A DNA stretch of 26,271 nt from a virus, in the UHGV virus genome UHGV-0343389, one strand, 5' to 3'. The notes beneath the pieces were generated by a model. It was not told the origin of the DNA, searched no databases, and was given only the letters and a program-made list of their open reading frames with translations. Positions 26,092-26,271 of the stretch are shown here, one piece after another (the stretch's first letter is position 1; each line of letters begins with the position of its first letter). The translations under genes were made by a program, and so were the position numbers.

Positions 26092-26105
26092 TACCTCAAC
26101 GGTAA
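26091..26105. promoter_or_regulatory. Operator-like palindrome TTACCTCAACGGTAA overlapping the -10/start region
   Basis: Perfect site immediately downstream of or overlapping the -10 element. Confidence 0.6.
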
Positions 26106-26124
26106 CAGACCGAGGTAACAAGTT

Positions 26125-26271
26125 ATGCAGTGGAAAATCATCAACGGTTGGTACTGCGTTACTGCATGCGGATTCATGAGCTGGAAGTTCCGCACCTTAC
26201 AGGAAGGCATTAAGTGGGCTTTCGTCAGCAAAGAAGCTCGCGATGTGGCCAACGATAACCCAGCGGACGCC
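26125..26271 (+). CDS. 3'-truncated hypothetical protein, first gene of the operator-controlled leftward (pL-like) operon
   Basis: ATG at 26125 with SD GAGGT about 8 nt upstream. Open to the window end (MQWKIINGWYCVTACGFMSWKFRTLQEGIKW...). Not Arg-rich, so not N-like. Confidence 0.45.
   Translation, partial: MQWKIINGWYCVTACGFMSWKFRTLQEGIKWAFVSKEARDVANDNPADA

Noticed and set aside
15802-26105. The TTACC-N5-GGTAA elements as RNA hairpins (boxB/nut-like 5-bp stem with pentaloop) for an N-type antiterminator
   Set aside because: The stem sequence is conserved rather than covarying and the loop is variable, the opposite of a protein-bound RNA hairpin such as boxB. Sites also occur in both transcriptional orientations and flank promoters at a fixed 62-bp spacing. 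A DNA operator fits better.
1-26271. CRISPR arrays, transposases or insertion-sequence inverted repeats
   Set aside because: No regularly spaced direct repeats with unique spacers and no transposase-like ORF were seen. The only repeat families are the operator palindromes, the origin iterons and the GTGACATGTCAC palindrome.

Overview
The window reads as one contiguous, mosaic temperate-phage (prophage) segment, about 50% GC, with almost all genes on the minus strand. From right to left: a lambdoid immunity/replication region (tandem-HTH CI-like repressor, Cro-like regulator, O-like initiator with internal ori iterons, lambda-P-like helicase loader), a block of small accessory genes, terminase small and large subunits, a plus-strand insert carrying tRNA-Arg(UCU) and an AT-rich cargo gene, and then a T7-like virion module (portal, scaffold, capsid, tail tube A/B, internal core proteins) ending back-to-back with an AT-rich convergent gene at the window edge. 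No Q-like antiterminator, holin or endolysin was recognised, and no CRISPR array or transposase. The most striking signal is a 15-bp palindrome TTACC-N5-GGTAA present 12 times (7 perfect), at every inferred transcription-unit boundary and three times as a pair with exactly 62-bp centre spacing, which suggests a single regulator gating early, middle and late operons. All protein calls rest on reading the supplied translations, motifs and gene order; no database search was run, and motif coordinates located by eye may be off by 1-2 bp.
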